Below, in pieces: positions 25,102 to 33,899 of a stretch of DNA of 56,346 nucleotides (the stretch's first letter is position 1; every line of letters begins with the position of its first letter). The translations under genes were made by a program, and so were the position numbers. The notes under the pieces were generated by a model, which saw only the letters and a list, made by a program, of their open reading frames with translations, was not told where the DNA came from and did not search any database. This stretch comes from Sulfuritalea sp. (GTDB lineage Bacteria; Pseudomonadota; Gammaproteobacteria; Burkholderiales; Rhodocyclaceae): contig JAUYSD010000074.1 in the NCBI GenBank assembly GCA_030696505.1, positions 1 through 56,346 on the forward strand, given 5' to 3'.

Positions 25102-27168
25102 ATGAGCGAACGCAAGCTCTTCGCTCACGAACTCGAAGCGCGGCTCGACGAACTGCTGCTGCTGTCCCTGCGCCAGCGCTCCGCGGCGGAACCCGCGGCG
25201 CTGCTGGAAGCCCTGCCGCGCCAATTGCAGGAACGCGTGCTGCACTGGGCCGGCGTCGCCGCGCAGACCTCGGACGATCTGGGCTGGCTGATTGCCTCGC
25301 GCGCCGCGGAGCAGGCCGCCAGCCTCGGCGGGCGACTCGACGATTGGGCGCGCGCCGGGCTCGATGCCTACGATCGCAGCGGCCTCGCCGCCACGCGCCG
25401 CGCCCTGAATGATTTCGCCGCGGCGCACCAAGCCGGCGTCTTCGAATCGCAGGAGGGCGTGGCCTTCGGCGCCATCGAGGGCCGCCTGTCGCGCTTCCTG
25501 CATGCGCTCGAAGGCCGGCCGCTGAAGCTGGTCAGCGGCCCGAAGGCCTGGACCGACAGCGAGACCCTGTGGCTGCCGGAACGCATTGACGCGGCGCCGG
25601 ATGCCGCCGGCAACCGCCGCCTGTACAAGGCCATCGCGGCGCTGCTGTGGGCGCAGACGCGCTTCGGCACCTTCAACGTCGACCCCGAGCCCGAACTGGC
25701 GCAGTGGCCCGCGCCCGAGGCTGCACTGCGCTGGTTCGCGCTGTTCGAGGCGATGCGCCTCGAAGCCTGCCTGGCGCGCGAACTGCCCGGTCTTGCCGCC
25801 GACATCGCTGGCTTGCGCGGGCCGTGGCCGGCACAGCTTGCGTCTACCGCCGCGGCCCTGGCGCAGGCCGCTGCGACCGCGGCCGACAGCCTGGCCTGCC
25901 TGGCCGAGTTGCGCAGAGTTGGCGCTGGCGAGACGCCGAATTTCCCGCATGTCGGCGCGCTCGATCCGCTCGCCGCGCGCCGCGTGCGCGCTGTCCGCAT
26001 CGCGCGCGATACGGCGACGCTGCGCCAGGCGTTGAACCTGCTGCGCGCCGTCGATCCGAGTGCCGGCGGACAGGACCATCCGGACTACCCGCCGCTGGCG
26101 GCCGAAGGCCAGACCCAGCATGTCGACCCGCAGGCCGAGTTCCTCGCCCTGCCGCCGCCGGCGCGCGAGGCCGCGCGTTCGCTGCAGCAGGATCTCGGCG
26201 AGATTCCGCCCGAGGTGCTGCAGGCGGCTGGGCCGGGCGCCTGGCAGCCGGTCGATGGCGTCGACAGTTCGGCGGCGGTCGGTGTCACCACCCAGCCCGA
26301 CGCCTTCTATGACGAATGGGACTACCGGCGCGCGGCCTGGCGCCATGGCTGGTGCCATCTCTATGAAATGCGGGCCCCGGTCGGCGACCACGCGTGGGTC
26401 GATGAAGTGCGCCGCCGCCATGCCCACCTGATCCGCAGCATCCGCCGCCGCTTCGAGGCCCTGCGCGGTGAGGACAAGCCGCAGCGGCGCCAGTTCGACG
26501 GCGAGGAAATCGACCTCGACGCCCAGGTCGAGGCGCGCGCCGACCGCAAGAGCGGCACGGAACCCTCGCCGCGCCTGTTCATCCACCGCCGCCGCATCGA
26601 ACGCTCGCTGGCCGTGATGTTCATGGTCGACATGAGCGGTTCGACCAAGGTCTGGGTCAATGATGCCGAACGCGAGTCGCTGGTGCTGCTGTGCGAGGCC
26701 ATCGAGGCGCTGGGCGACAGCTACGCGATCTACGGTTTTTCGGGGTGGACGCGCACGCATTGCGACATCTATCCGGTCAAGCGTTTCAGCGACCGCTACG
26801 ACGCCGCCACGCGCAGCCGCATCGCCGGCATCGAAGCCAGGGACTACACGCGCATGGGCGTCGCGGTGCGCCACCTCTCCGGCCTGCTGGCCCGCCAGAA
26901 CACGCGCCATAAGCTGCTGGTGACGCTGTCCGACGGCCGTCCCGACGACTACGGCGACGAATATCGCGGCCGCTACGGTATCGAGGACACCCGCCGCGCC
27001 CTGCTCGAAGCGCGCGAGAAGGGCATCCGCAGCTACTGCGTGACCATCGACCGCCACGGCGCGGACTACCTGCCGCAACTCTACGGCCCGGCGCATTATG
27101 CGGTGATCGACGATGCCAGGAAGCTGCCGCAGAAAATCGCCGAGATCTACCGCAAGCTGACCGGCTGA
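25102..27168 (+). CDS. NorD/CbbO-like VWA domain protein
   Basis: YDEWDY, DGEEIDLDA, MIDAS DMSGST, YTRMG-A-RH, LSDGRPDD. Confidence 0.9.
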   Translation: MSERKLFAHELEARLDELLLLSLRQRSAAEPAALLEALPRQLQERVLHWAGVAAQTSDDLGWLIASRAAEQAASLGGRLDDWARAGLDAYDRSGLAATRRALNDFAAAHQAGVFESQEGVAFGAIEGRLSRFLHALEGRPLKLVSGPKAWTDSETLWLPERIDAAPDAAGNRRLYKAIAALLWAQTRFGTFNVDPEPELAQWPAPEAALRWFALFEAMRLEACLARELPGLAADIAGLRGPWPAQLASTAAALAQAAATAADSLACLAELRRVGAGETPNFPHVGALDPLAARRVRAVRIARDTATLRQALNLLRAVDPSAGGQDHPDYPPLAAEGQTQHVDPQAEFLALPPPAREAARSLQQDLGEIPPEVLQAAGPGAWQPVDGVDSSAAVGVTTQPDAFYDEWDYRRAAWRHGWCHLYEMRAPVGDHAWVDEVRRRHAHLIRSIRRRFEALRGEDKPQRRQFDGEEIDLDAQVEARADRKSGTEPSPRLFIHRRRIERSLAVMFMVDMSGSTKVWVNDAERESLVLLCEAIEALGDSYAIYGFSGWTRTHCDIYPVKRFSDRYDAATRSRIAGIEARDYTRMGVAVRHLSGLLARQNTRHKLLVTLSDGRPDDYGDEYRGRYGIEDTRRALLEAREKGIRSYCVTIDRHGADYLPQLYGPAHYAVIDDARKLPQKIAEIYRKLTG
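25912..25938 (-). repeat. Dispersed 24-bp motif copy 7 (antisense in VWA gene)
   Basis: CGGCGTCTCGCCAGCGCCAACTCT; 1 mismatch. Confidence 0.85.
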
Positions 27169-27193
27169 GCCGGCAATCACCACAGGAGGCAGC

Positions 27194-27943
27194 ATGAGCG
27201 AGTTTTCAGGCGAGTTTTCCAACAGGGTGGCCCTCGTCACGGGGTCGTCCAGCGGCATCGGCGAGGCCATCGCGCGGCGGCTGTCCGCCCTCGGCGCTTC
27301 GGTCGTGATCAACTCTGCGCACTCGGTCGAAGCCGGCAGCCGCATCGCCGCGGAACTGGGCAAGGACGCCTGCTACGTGCAGGCCGACATCAGCGACAAG
27401 GCCGCCGGCGAGCGTCTGCTGGCCACCACCATCGAACGTTTCGGCAAGCTCGACATCCTGGTTAACAACGCCGGCTGGACCACGGCCGTGCCGCATAACG
27501 ATCTCGCCGCACTGACCGACGAGATCTTCGCCCGCACCTTCGACATCAACGTCACCGGCACCTGGCTGCTGACCAAGGCGGCGATGCCTTACCTCAAGCA
27601 AAGCGCGGACGGCAATGTCATCAACATCACTTCGATCGCCGGCGTGCGCCCGGTCGGCAGCTCGATCGCCTATTCGATGGCGAAGGCCGCGCTGAACCAG
27701 ATGACGCGCCTCTTGGCCAAGTCCTGCGCGCCGGTGCGGATCAATGCCGTCGCCCCCGGCCTGGTCGAAACGCCCTGGACCAAGGACTGGCAGACGCAGC
27801 ACGAGGCGGTAAAGGCGCGGGCGCCGCTGCAGCGCTCGGCAGTTCCGGACGACTGCGTCGAGGCCACGCTGGGCCTGCTGCGCAGCCGCTATGCCACCGG
27901 CCACATATTCGTGGTCGATGGTGGCTTGACTCTGACCATGTGA
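27194..27943 (+). CDS. SDR family oxidoreductase
   Basis: TGSSSGIG, NNAG, YSMAK, NAVAPG. Confidence 0.95.
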   Translation: MSEFSGEFSNRVALVTGSSSGIGEAIARRLSALGASVVINSAHSVEAGSRIAAELGKDACYVQADISDKAAGERLLATTIERFGKLDILVNNAGWTTAVPHNDLAALTDEIFARTFDINVTGTWLLTKAAMPYLKQSADGNVINITSIAGVRPVGSSIAYSMAKAALNQMTRLLAKSCAPVRINAVAPGLVETPWTKDWQTQHEAVKARAPLQRSAVPDDCVEATLGLLRSRYATGHIFVVDGGLTLTM

Positions 27944-27965
27944 GCCTGACCATGTGAGCATGTGA
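27932..27965 (+). repeat. Short tandem duplication of the SDR stop region
   Basis: CTGACCATGTGAGC x2 followed by ATGTGA. Confidence 0.85.
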
Positions 27966-27981
27966 ACGGGAGAATGAAGCC

Positions 27982-28659
27982 ATGACCATCCGCCGCGCCG
28001 TGCCGCCAGCGCCAACTCTTGCGCCGTCGTCCGTCGTCACGCGCCGCCGGCGCCGCCTGCTGCTGCTGTCGCCGCTGCTCGCGCTGCTGCCGGGCACGCT
28101 GTACGCCGCGTCCGGCCCGATGGCGACGCCGGCCCAGATGCTCGGCCCCTACTATCCGCTGCAGCCGGACGTGGGCGCCGGCAGCGACCTGACAACTGTC
28201 GACGGCAAGGGCAGGGCGCAGGGCAAGCCGCTGACCATCGTCGGCCGCGTGCTCGATACCGCCGGCCGCCCGCAGCCAGGCGTGCTGCTCGAAATCTGGC
28301 AGACCAACGCGCACGGCCGCTACCACCACCCGCACGACAACAGTCCGCAGCCGCTCGACCCGCAGTTCCGCGGCTATGGCCGCGCCACGACCGGCGTCGA
28401 CGGCAGCTACCGCTTCCTCACGATCGAGCCGGTCGAGTATCCGGGGCGCACCCCGCATGTGCATTTCCGCGCCGGCCGCGGCAAGCGCGAACTGCTGGTG
28501 ACCCAGATGTATTTGCCCGGCGCGGCCGCCGCCAACCAGCGCGACGGCCTGTTCCTGGCGCTCCGCGATCCCGCGGCGCGCCGCGCGCTGCTCGGGGTGC
28601 CCGAGCCCGGGGTGGCGAATACGCTGCGCTTCGATATCGTGCTGGAAGCCGGGCGCTGA
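27982..28659 (+). CDS. Intradiol ring-cleavage dioxygenase-like protein
   Basis: GPYY, EIWQTNAHGRY, YPGRTPHVH (Tyr/Tyr/His/His iron ligands); Arg-rich Tat-like leader. Confidence 0.88.
   Translation: MTIRRAVPPAPTLAPSSVVTRRRRRLLLLSPLLALLPGTLYAASGPMATPAQMLGPYYPLQPDVGAGSDLTTVDGKGRAQGKPLTIVGRVLDTAGRPQPGVLLEIWQTNAHGRYHHPHDNSPQPLDPQFRGYGRATTGVDGSYRFLTIEPVEYPGRTPHVHFRAGRGKRELLVTQMYLPGAAAANQRDGLFLALRDPAARRALLGVPEPGVANTLRFDIVLEAGR
27996..28022 (+). repeat. Dispersed 24-bp motif copy 8 (dioxygenase 5' end)
   Basis: CGCCGTGCCGCCAGCGCCAACTCT; exact consensus. Confidence 0.9.
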
Positions 28660-28698
28660 GGTGGCGCGGCGGCTGCCAAGCCGCAGGTCGAGCCGATC

Positions 28699-28725
28699 CG
28701 CCGTCCCGCCAGCACCAACTCTTGG
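28699..28725 (+). repeat. Dispersed 24-bp motif copy 9 (between convergent genes)
   Basis: CGCCGTCCCGCCAGCACCAACTCT; 1 mismatch. Confidence 0.88.
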
Positions 28726-28745
28726 TGGCCCGCAATCCGCCGAAA

Positions 28746-28970
28746 CTAATCCGCCGTCGCGCCCCGATCGGCATCGACGACGGCCGGGGCCGGTTCCGCG
28801 TCGATACCCCAGTCGCCGTGGTCGAGCCAGTCGTCGCCGAGCAGTTCCGCCGGATGCGCGGTGCGCTCCGCGCCGTTGCCGCATTCGAGCGCATCGACCG
28901 GACAATATTTGTCGCAGCCCCAGCAAATCCGCTCGGGATGCCTGGGCTGCAGGGGGAATTTCTTCGTCAT
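28746..28970 (-). CDS. DUF3079-like Cys-rich small protein
   Basis: KKFP-P-HPERICWGCDKYC...CGNG-ERT-HP-EL-GDDW. Confidence 0.85.
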   Translation of the reverse strand: MTKKFPLQPRHPERICWGCDKYCPVDALECGNGAERTAHPAELLGDDWLDHGDWGIDAEPAPAVVDADRGATAD

Positions 28971-29006
28971 GGCCGGACAGGCTGCGTTGGCACGGATCGG
29001 CGTCTG

Positions 29007-29402
29007 TCAGGCCGGGCCGGTCGCGAGGTGGCCTTGGGCCGTCTCGAACAGTTCGCGCTCCTCGAAGCGCACGTGCGCGGCGAGCAGATCGGCGAAGCGC
29101 AAGAGCGTGGCGGGATCGGGCGCGGACAGATCCGCGACGAGGCGGCGCAGTTGCGCGTGCTCGTCCAGGGTGCGCTGCACCAGCGCATGTTCGCCGGCCT
29201 GCGCGAGGGTCGCCAGGAGGCCTTGCTCCTCGACGCGGAAATGCGGATCGAGTTCGGCGGCGAACAGGCGAGCCACGCGTGCGGCGATCGTCGCGAGTTT
29301 GTCTGCGGCGCCCGCCTCGGCGGCCTGGCGCGCGGCGCGCGCGAGCTTCAGCGCGCCGTGATGTTCGCGCGAGAGGTCCCGCAGTTGGGGATGGCGCTTC
29401 AT
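29007..29402 (-). CDS. Hemerythrin (HHE) domain protein
   Basis: LSREHH, HFRVEE, EH, HVRFEERELF. Confidence 0.88.
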   Translation of the reverse strand: MKRHPQLRDLSREHHGALKLARAARQAAEAGAADKLATIAARVARLFAAELDPHFRVEEQGLLATLAQAGEHALVQRTLDEHAQLRRLVADLSAPDPATLLRFADLLAAHVRFEERELFETAQGHLATGPA

Positions 29403-29418
29403 CGCGGCGGCATCGCTC

Positions 29419-30192
29419 TTACCAGTACTTCTCGAACGCCATCTGCCCCGGTACGCCGCGGCGGTTGGTGGCGTAGCCGCGCGCGCCGAGGAACTCGCGC
29501 AGTTCGCGCGCCAGATCGGGATTGCCGCAGACCATCAGGCGCGAATCGGCGACGCTCAGGGGGCTGTCCGCCGCGGTTTCGAGGCGGCCGTCGGCGAGCA
29601 GCAGCGGGATGCGCGCGGCCAGCGCCGTGGCGCCGGGTTCGCGGGTGACGATGGGGATGTAGCTGAGTCTGGCCGGCGCCCCGCCGTGCCTTTCGGGTAG
29701 CGCGGCGATTTCGTCGCGCCAGGCGAGTTCGGCCGACTGGCGCACGCTGTGCACCAGGATCAGGCGCGCGTAGTCCTGCCACACCGCCGCGTCGCGCAGG
29801 ATGGAGACGAAGGGACCGAGCCCGGTGCCGCTGGCGAGCAGCCAGAGATCCTTGCCCGGCGCCAGTTGATTGACGGTGAGGAAGCCGTAGCTGGCCTTGT
29901 CCACGCGCAGGCTGTCGCCGACGCGGAGCTTCTTCAACTGCTCCGAGAACGCGCCGCCGGGCACCAGTACGGCGATGAATTCGAGGAATTCGTCCTGCGG
30001 CGCCGAGGCCATCGAATAGGGGCGCCACACCACCGCTTCGTCGGCGCCGAGACCCAGGCGCGTGTAGTGCCCCGCGGTGAAGCGGAAGCCGGCCGGACGC
30101 GTGGTGCGGAAGGTCAGCAGGGTGGGGGTCCAGGCATGGATCGAGAGCACCTGCTCGACGGTCCATTTTTCTGCGCTGGGGTTCGAATTCAC
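29419..30192 (-). CDS. fpr: Ferredoxin--NADP+ reductase
   Basis: RPYSMAS, GAFS, ASGTGLGPF, MVCGNP, C-terminal FEKYW; GTG start. Confidence 0.92.
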   Translation of the reverse strand: MNSNPSAEKWTVEQVLSIHAWTPTLLTFRTTRPAGFRFTAGHYTRLGLGADEAVVWRPYSMASAPQDEFLEFIAVLVPGGAFSEQLKKLRVGDSLRVDKASYGFLTVNQLAPGKDLWLLASGTGLGPFVSILRDAAVWQDYARLILVHSVRQSAELAWRDEIAALPERHGGAPARLSYIPIVTREPGATALAARIPLLLADGRLETAADSPLSVADSRLMVCGNPDLARELREFLGARGYATNRRGVPGQMAFEKYW

Positions 30193-30305
30193 TGGACGAC
30201 CCTCCCCTCAGCCCCCTCGCCGAGCGAGGGGGTGACTACGGTGCGCCGCGCTGCGGCTTCGTGGGATGACTGGCGCCTCTTCGGACGGCCGTGCGGGGCG
30301 CTCAT
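30189..30305 (-). repeat. Palindromic junction element, copy A (encodes 38-aa bridging ORF)
   Basis: ATGA...GTCACCCCCTCGC-TCG-GCGAGGGGGCTG...GTCCAGTGA; related to 35634-35691. Confidence 0.8.
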
Positions 30306-31399
30306 GATCCGGCCAAGGCGCCAAGCATCCGGTTCATGCCGGACATCACCACCAGGTTGGACTGCTCCATCGCCTTGAGTTCGGCCAGGCCCGCCTCCAG
30401 GCCGCTGGCATAGTAGAGCTCCACGGCGCGGCGGGCGTGCTGATGCACGGCGCGGTGCGGGGTTTCCAGGTCGGCGTAGCCGCGCAGGCCGGCAAAGCGC
30501 TCGCGGCCCTCGCCGGCGTACCACTGGCCGAGACGGCATTGCGTCTCGTCCGGGATGCCCTCGGGGCGCAGGCGCGAGATGCCGAGAAACACCTTGTACA
30601 CCTCCAGCTTCAGCATCAGCTCTTCGAGATTGGCCAGCTCGACGTTCGACAGCAGGGCGGACGAGGCGATGGCGCCTTCCATGTGCCGCGACAATTCATG
30701 CAGGCGCTGCATGCTGTGCATCGCCTGCTCGCTTTCGGCCGAATAACGGCTGGCTTCCCCGGCACCCACTTCCATCGCCGCCTTGGCGGTGCCGGTCTCC
30801 TGCTGGATGGCGCCGACCAGGCCGGAAATCTCGGTGGTGGCCTTGGCCGTGCGCTCCGCCAGCTTGCGCACTTCGTCGGCGACCACGGCGAAGCCGCGCC
30901 CGGCTTCGCCGGCCCGTGCCGCCTCGATCGCGGCGTTGAGCGCCAGCAGGTTGGTCTGGTCGGCGATTTCCTTGATCAGGCCGACGATGCCGCCGATCTC
31001 GGCGGCGCGCTGATTCAGGCTGTCGACATTGCGCGAGGCATCGGTCATTTTCCTGAACATGGCATTCAGGTTGTCGGCGGTCTTTTCGAAGCTCAGGCGG
31101 TTGGCGTCGGACTGGGTCGCGGCTTCGAGGGCCGAAGCCTTTTCGCGGTTCAGCGTAGTGGCCAGGCCGAGGAAGGACTGGCTGACGCCGCCGAGGGATT
31201 CACCGAAACTGCCGAGGCTGGCGAAGACGCCATCGAGATGGGCGCGGTCGCGTCGCAGGCCGCCGGTTTCGCCGCTCAAGGCCGCGTGCGCGGACTCGAT
31301 CTGGCCGATACGCTGCAGCAGTGCGGCGTTCTCGGCCTGCAGCCGGGCCTGGTCGGCTTCTGCTGCGGCGAGGCGGGTCTTGAGTTTGCTGAAGAACAT
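30302..31399 (-). CDS. Soluble methyl-accepting chemotaxis protein with CZB domain
   Basis: [37 protein letters not shown]; CRLGQWY...H-xxx-H; no TM segment. Confidence 0.92.
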   Translation of the reverse strand: MFFSKLKTRLAAAEADQARLQAENAALLQRIGQIESAHAALSGETGGLRRDRAHLDGVFASLGSFGESLGGVSQSFLGLATTLNREKASALEAATQSDANRLSFEKTADNLNAMFRKMTDASRNVDSLNQRAAEIGGIVGLIKEIADQTNLLALNAAIEAARAGEAGRGFAVVADEVRKLAERTAKATTEISGLVGAIQQETGTAKAAMEVGAGEASRYSAESEQAMHSMQRLHELSRHMEGAIASSALLSNVELANLEELMLKLEVYKVFLGISRLRPEGIPDETQCRLGQWYAGEGRERFAGLRGYADLETPHRAVHQHARRAVELYYASGLEAGLAELKAMEQSNLVVMSGMNRMLGALAGS

Positions 31400-31429
31400 G
31401 GCAGCTCCGGGTCGAGGTGGGGCGCGGTT

Positions 31430-32542
31430 TCAGGGCGGCGTATGGCCGTGGGCCTGCGCCAGCGGCGCTGTGCGCCGGCCGCGCAGGACGCTGGTCAGCA
31501 GGGTGGCGATGAACAGCAGCAGGGCGATGGCGTTGATCAGGCCGCCTTCGCTGCGCAGCGCGAATTCGCCGCTGAGGCCGCCGAAAACCCGCAGCGCCAG
31601 CGAAACGTGCAGCACCAGCAGCGGCAGGTAGAAGGCCGGATGATAGGGTATCTTGACCCGCATCACGGCGGGAAAGATGATCGGCGCGTGGCCAAAGATC
31701 ATCGAGAACACGAAACCGAGGCCGACCGCATGCAGCGCCGCGTCGCGCCAGGGGTGGCCGGGCAGGAAGCCGCCGCTGATCCCGAGCAGGCCGGCCAGGG
31801 CCAGCCAGGCATAGCCGGAAAGCAGACACAGCGCGATGAAGCGGGTCAGACCCTGTTGCCGGGCATTGCGCCGCGCCAGGTCATAGCGCAGCAGCCAGGC
31901 GGCCAGCGCCAGCAGGCCGCCGGCAAACAGGGCGAGGCCGGCATCCAGGTACCAGAAGCTGGTCGCGGCGCCGGCCAGGATGGCGCCGACGATGGCGAAG
32001 AACAGCCGTTGCGCCCGCGCCGGGGTGGGCAGGAAGCGGGTCAGTTCGAGTCGCTCGCCGGCGATCGTCAGCACCAGGAAGGCCAGCCACCAGGGTACCG
32101 CCGCGGTCAGTGCGCCGCCGCCCAGCCAGGCCAGGTTGCCGATCAGCCAGCACAGCGCGCCGATCGCCAGGATCACGGTGAAGGGCGCCACCAGGCGGCG
32201 CAGCACCTGGGCGCTGGCGGCGACCAGGGTCGCGGCCGCGGCGACTGCCAACAGCTGCGTCAGCAACAGCGGCGCGCCGGCCAGCAGGGCGACGCCGCCG
32301 ATGCCGGCGGCGCCCGGCGCCAGGTAGGCCCAGGCGCGGCCCAGCGCCACGGCCCGTTCGAGACTGATCACGGTGCCGAGAAAGGCGGAAATCATCAGCG
32401 CCCCGTGCCAGCCGGCGGCACCTGCCGCCACCGGCGGCATGTTCCAGTCCAGCCGCGCCAGGCCGGCCAGCACGCCGCCGACCAGGGACAGCATGCCCAG
32501 CACCAAGAGCGGCAGGCGGGCGGCGGGGCGCAGGTCATCCAT
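31430..32542 (-). CDS. Multi-pass membrane protein with conserved-looking His (NnrS-like by inference)
   Basis: About 12 TM; WHGALM...LER, GERLEL, LHA...FGH. Confidence 0.7.
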   Translation of the reverse strand: MDDLRPAARLPLLVLGMLSLVGGVLAGLARLDWNMPPVAAGAAGWHGALMISAFLGTVISLERAVALGRAWAYLAPGAAGIGGVALLAGAPLLLTQLLAVAAAATLVAASAQVLRRLVAPFTVILAIGALCWLIGNLAWLGGGALTAAVPWWLAFLVLTIAGERLELTRFLPTPARAQRLFFAIVGAILAGAATSFWYLDAGLALFAGGLLALAAWLLRYDLARRNARQQGLTRFIALCLLSGYAWLALAGLLGISGGFLPGHPWRDAALHAVGLGFVFSMIFGHAPIIFPAVMRVKIPYHPAFYLPLLVLHVSLALRVFGGLSGEFALRSEGGLINAIALLLFIATLLTSVLRGRRTAPLAQAHGHTPP

Positions 32543-32554
32543 CGCCGGAGTCGG

Positions 32555-32845
32555 TCAGTGCGCGCAGCCGCAGCCGCCGACCGCCACCGGCGCCGCGCCG
32601 GCCGCCGGCTTGCCGATCTTCACCTGCCAGACTTCGGGGCCGGACTCCAGATAGTCCCAGGTGAACTCGCCCTTCGATTCGGCCTGGAACTGGTAGAACA
32701 GCGGCTTCGGATCATGGTCGTTGACCAGCAGCAGCGCCTCGCCGGCGGCGAGCGCATCGAAGGTGCCGAAAATCAGCGGGTGGCGCTCGCGCGGGGCGAT
32801 GCTGCGGACATCGACGGTGGATTTGAAGTTCGGTGTGCTGCTCAT
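32555..32845 (-). CDS. DUF2249 domain protein
   Basis: DVR-I-PRERHPLIF, LVNDHDPKPL-YQ, YLESGPEVW; CGC tail; AGGAG RBS. Confidence 0.88.
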   Translation of the reverse strand: MSSTPNFKSTVDVRSIAPRERHPLIFGTFDALAAGEALLLVNDHDPKPLFYQFQAESKGEFTWDYLESGPEVWQVKIGKPAAGAAPVAVGGCGCAH

Positions 32846-32907
32846 GGACTTGCTCCTGTTGAATGCTGCGGGTTGAGGGTGTAAGCGAGGACCGGGGGCT
32901 GCGGAAT

Positions 32908-33243
32908 CTAGGGCTCCCAGCCGAAATGCTGCTTGGCCGTCGCGTCCATCATCTCGGGCGTCCAGGGCGGTTCCCAGACCAGGCGGACATCCGTCGCGCA
33001 AGCTTGCGGCAGCGCATGGGCGAGCACGTCCTTGACCTCGTCGAGAATCATTTCGCCCATCGGGCAGGCCGGCGAGGTCATGGTCATTTCGATCAGGACG
33101 CCCTGCGGCCCGACATTGACGCGATACAGCAGGCCGAGGTCGACGATGTTCATGCCGATCTCGGGATCGATCACCTGGCGCAGCAGCGCCCTGATCGCGG
33201 CTTCATCGGGTATGGACTTGGCGGTATCTATGTCGGTGGCCAT
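32908..33243 (-). CDS. DUF59/SufT metal-sulfur cluster assembly factor
   Basis: V-DPEIGMNIVDLGL, MTMTSPACP, VWEPPW. Confidence 0.92.
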   Translation of the reverse strand: MATDIDTAKSIPDEAAIRALLRQVIDPEIGMNIVDLGLLYRVNVGPQGVLIEMTMTSPACPMGEMILDEVKDVLAHALPQACATDVRLVWEPPWTPEMMDATAKQHFGWEP

Positions 33244-33254
33244 GGTCTTTTCAA

Positions 33255-33324
33255 AAGCAGTAAATTAAATACAGCTTAATCCTAACACCGCCCTTTTCTA
33301 AAAGCAATATAATGGATGCAGCTT
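33255..33324. promoter_or_regulatory. Two 23-bp NsrR-type (11-1-11) operators in the divergent promoter
   Basis: AAGCAGTAAAT-T-AAATACAGCTT (33255-33277) and AAGCAATATAA-T-GGATGCAGCTT (33302-33324), resembling AAGATGCATTT-N-AAATGCATCTT. Confidence 0.7.
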
Positions 33325-33344
33325 ATAAGCGCGGACCCGACGTC

Positions 33345-33779
33345 ATGAGACTGACTACTTTTTCAGATTACACCCTGCGTGTGCTGATGTTCCTCGCGCT
33401 CAGTCGCGAGCGGCTGGCCACCATTCCGGAGATTGCCGCGGCCTACGAGATTTCCGAGAACCATCTGATGAAGGTGGTGCATCAACTGGCGCGCGCCGGG
33501 GTCATCGAATCGGTGCGCGGCAAGGGCGGCGGCATCCGCCTGGCGCACCCGCCCGAGGAAATCCATCTGGGGCAGATCGTGCGCGCCAGCGAGGGTAGCG
33601 CGCCGATCGTCGAATGCCTGGCGGACGAGCCCGCAAGCTGCCGCATCGCGCCGGCCTGCCGGCTGGCGGCGGTGCTGTCGCGCGCCTTCGAGACTCTGTA
33701 TGCGACGCTCGACGAATACACGCTGGCCGATCTGGTGCGCACGCCGAACCGGCTGAAGGCGATCCTGACGCGCAGCTAG
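33345..33779 (+). CDS. nsrR: Rrf2 family NO-sensing regulator NsrR
   Basis: MRLTTFSDYTLRVL, ISENHLMKVV, RGKGGG, three Cys (VEC...SCRIAPAC). Confidence 0.85.
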   Translation: MRLTTFSDYTLRVLMFLALSRERLATIPEIAAAYEISENHLMKVVHQLARAGVIESVRGKGGGIRLAHPPEEIHLGQIVRASEGSAPIVECLADEPASCRIAPACRLAAVLSRAFETLYATLDEYTLADLVRTPNRLKAILTRS

Positions 33780-33899
33780 CGCAGCAGACCAGCGTTGCCT
33801 GCGGGCTGCCGGTCCGGGTGGTGGCGGCGATTCCACCCTGATGTGCTTGTGGTTGATATTGGCGCTCATCAGGTGCATTGTGGTTTTCATGGCGGGGTG

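Noticed and set aside
24163-27363. Very long antisense ORFs (1066 aa here; also 37979-40615, 30437-32884, 4155-6473)
   Set aside because: Shadows of real genes in high-GC DNA with no recognisable domains.
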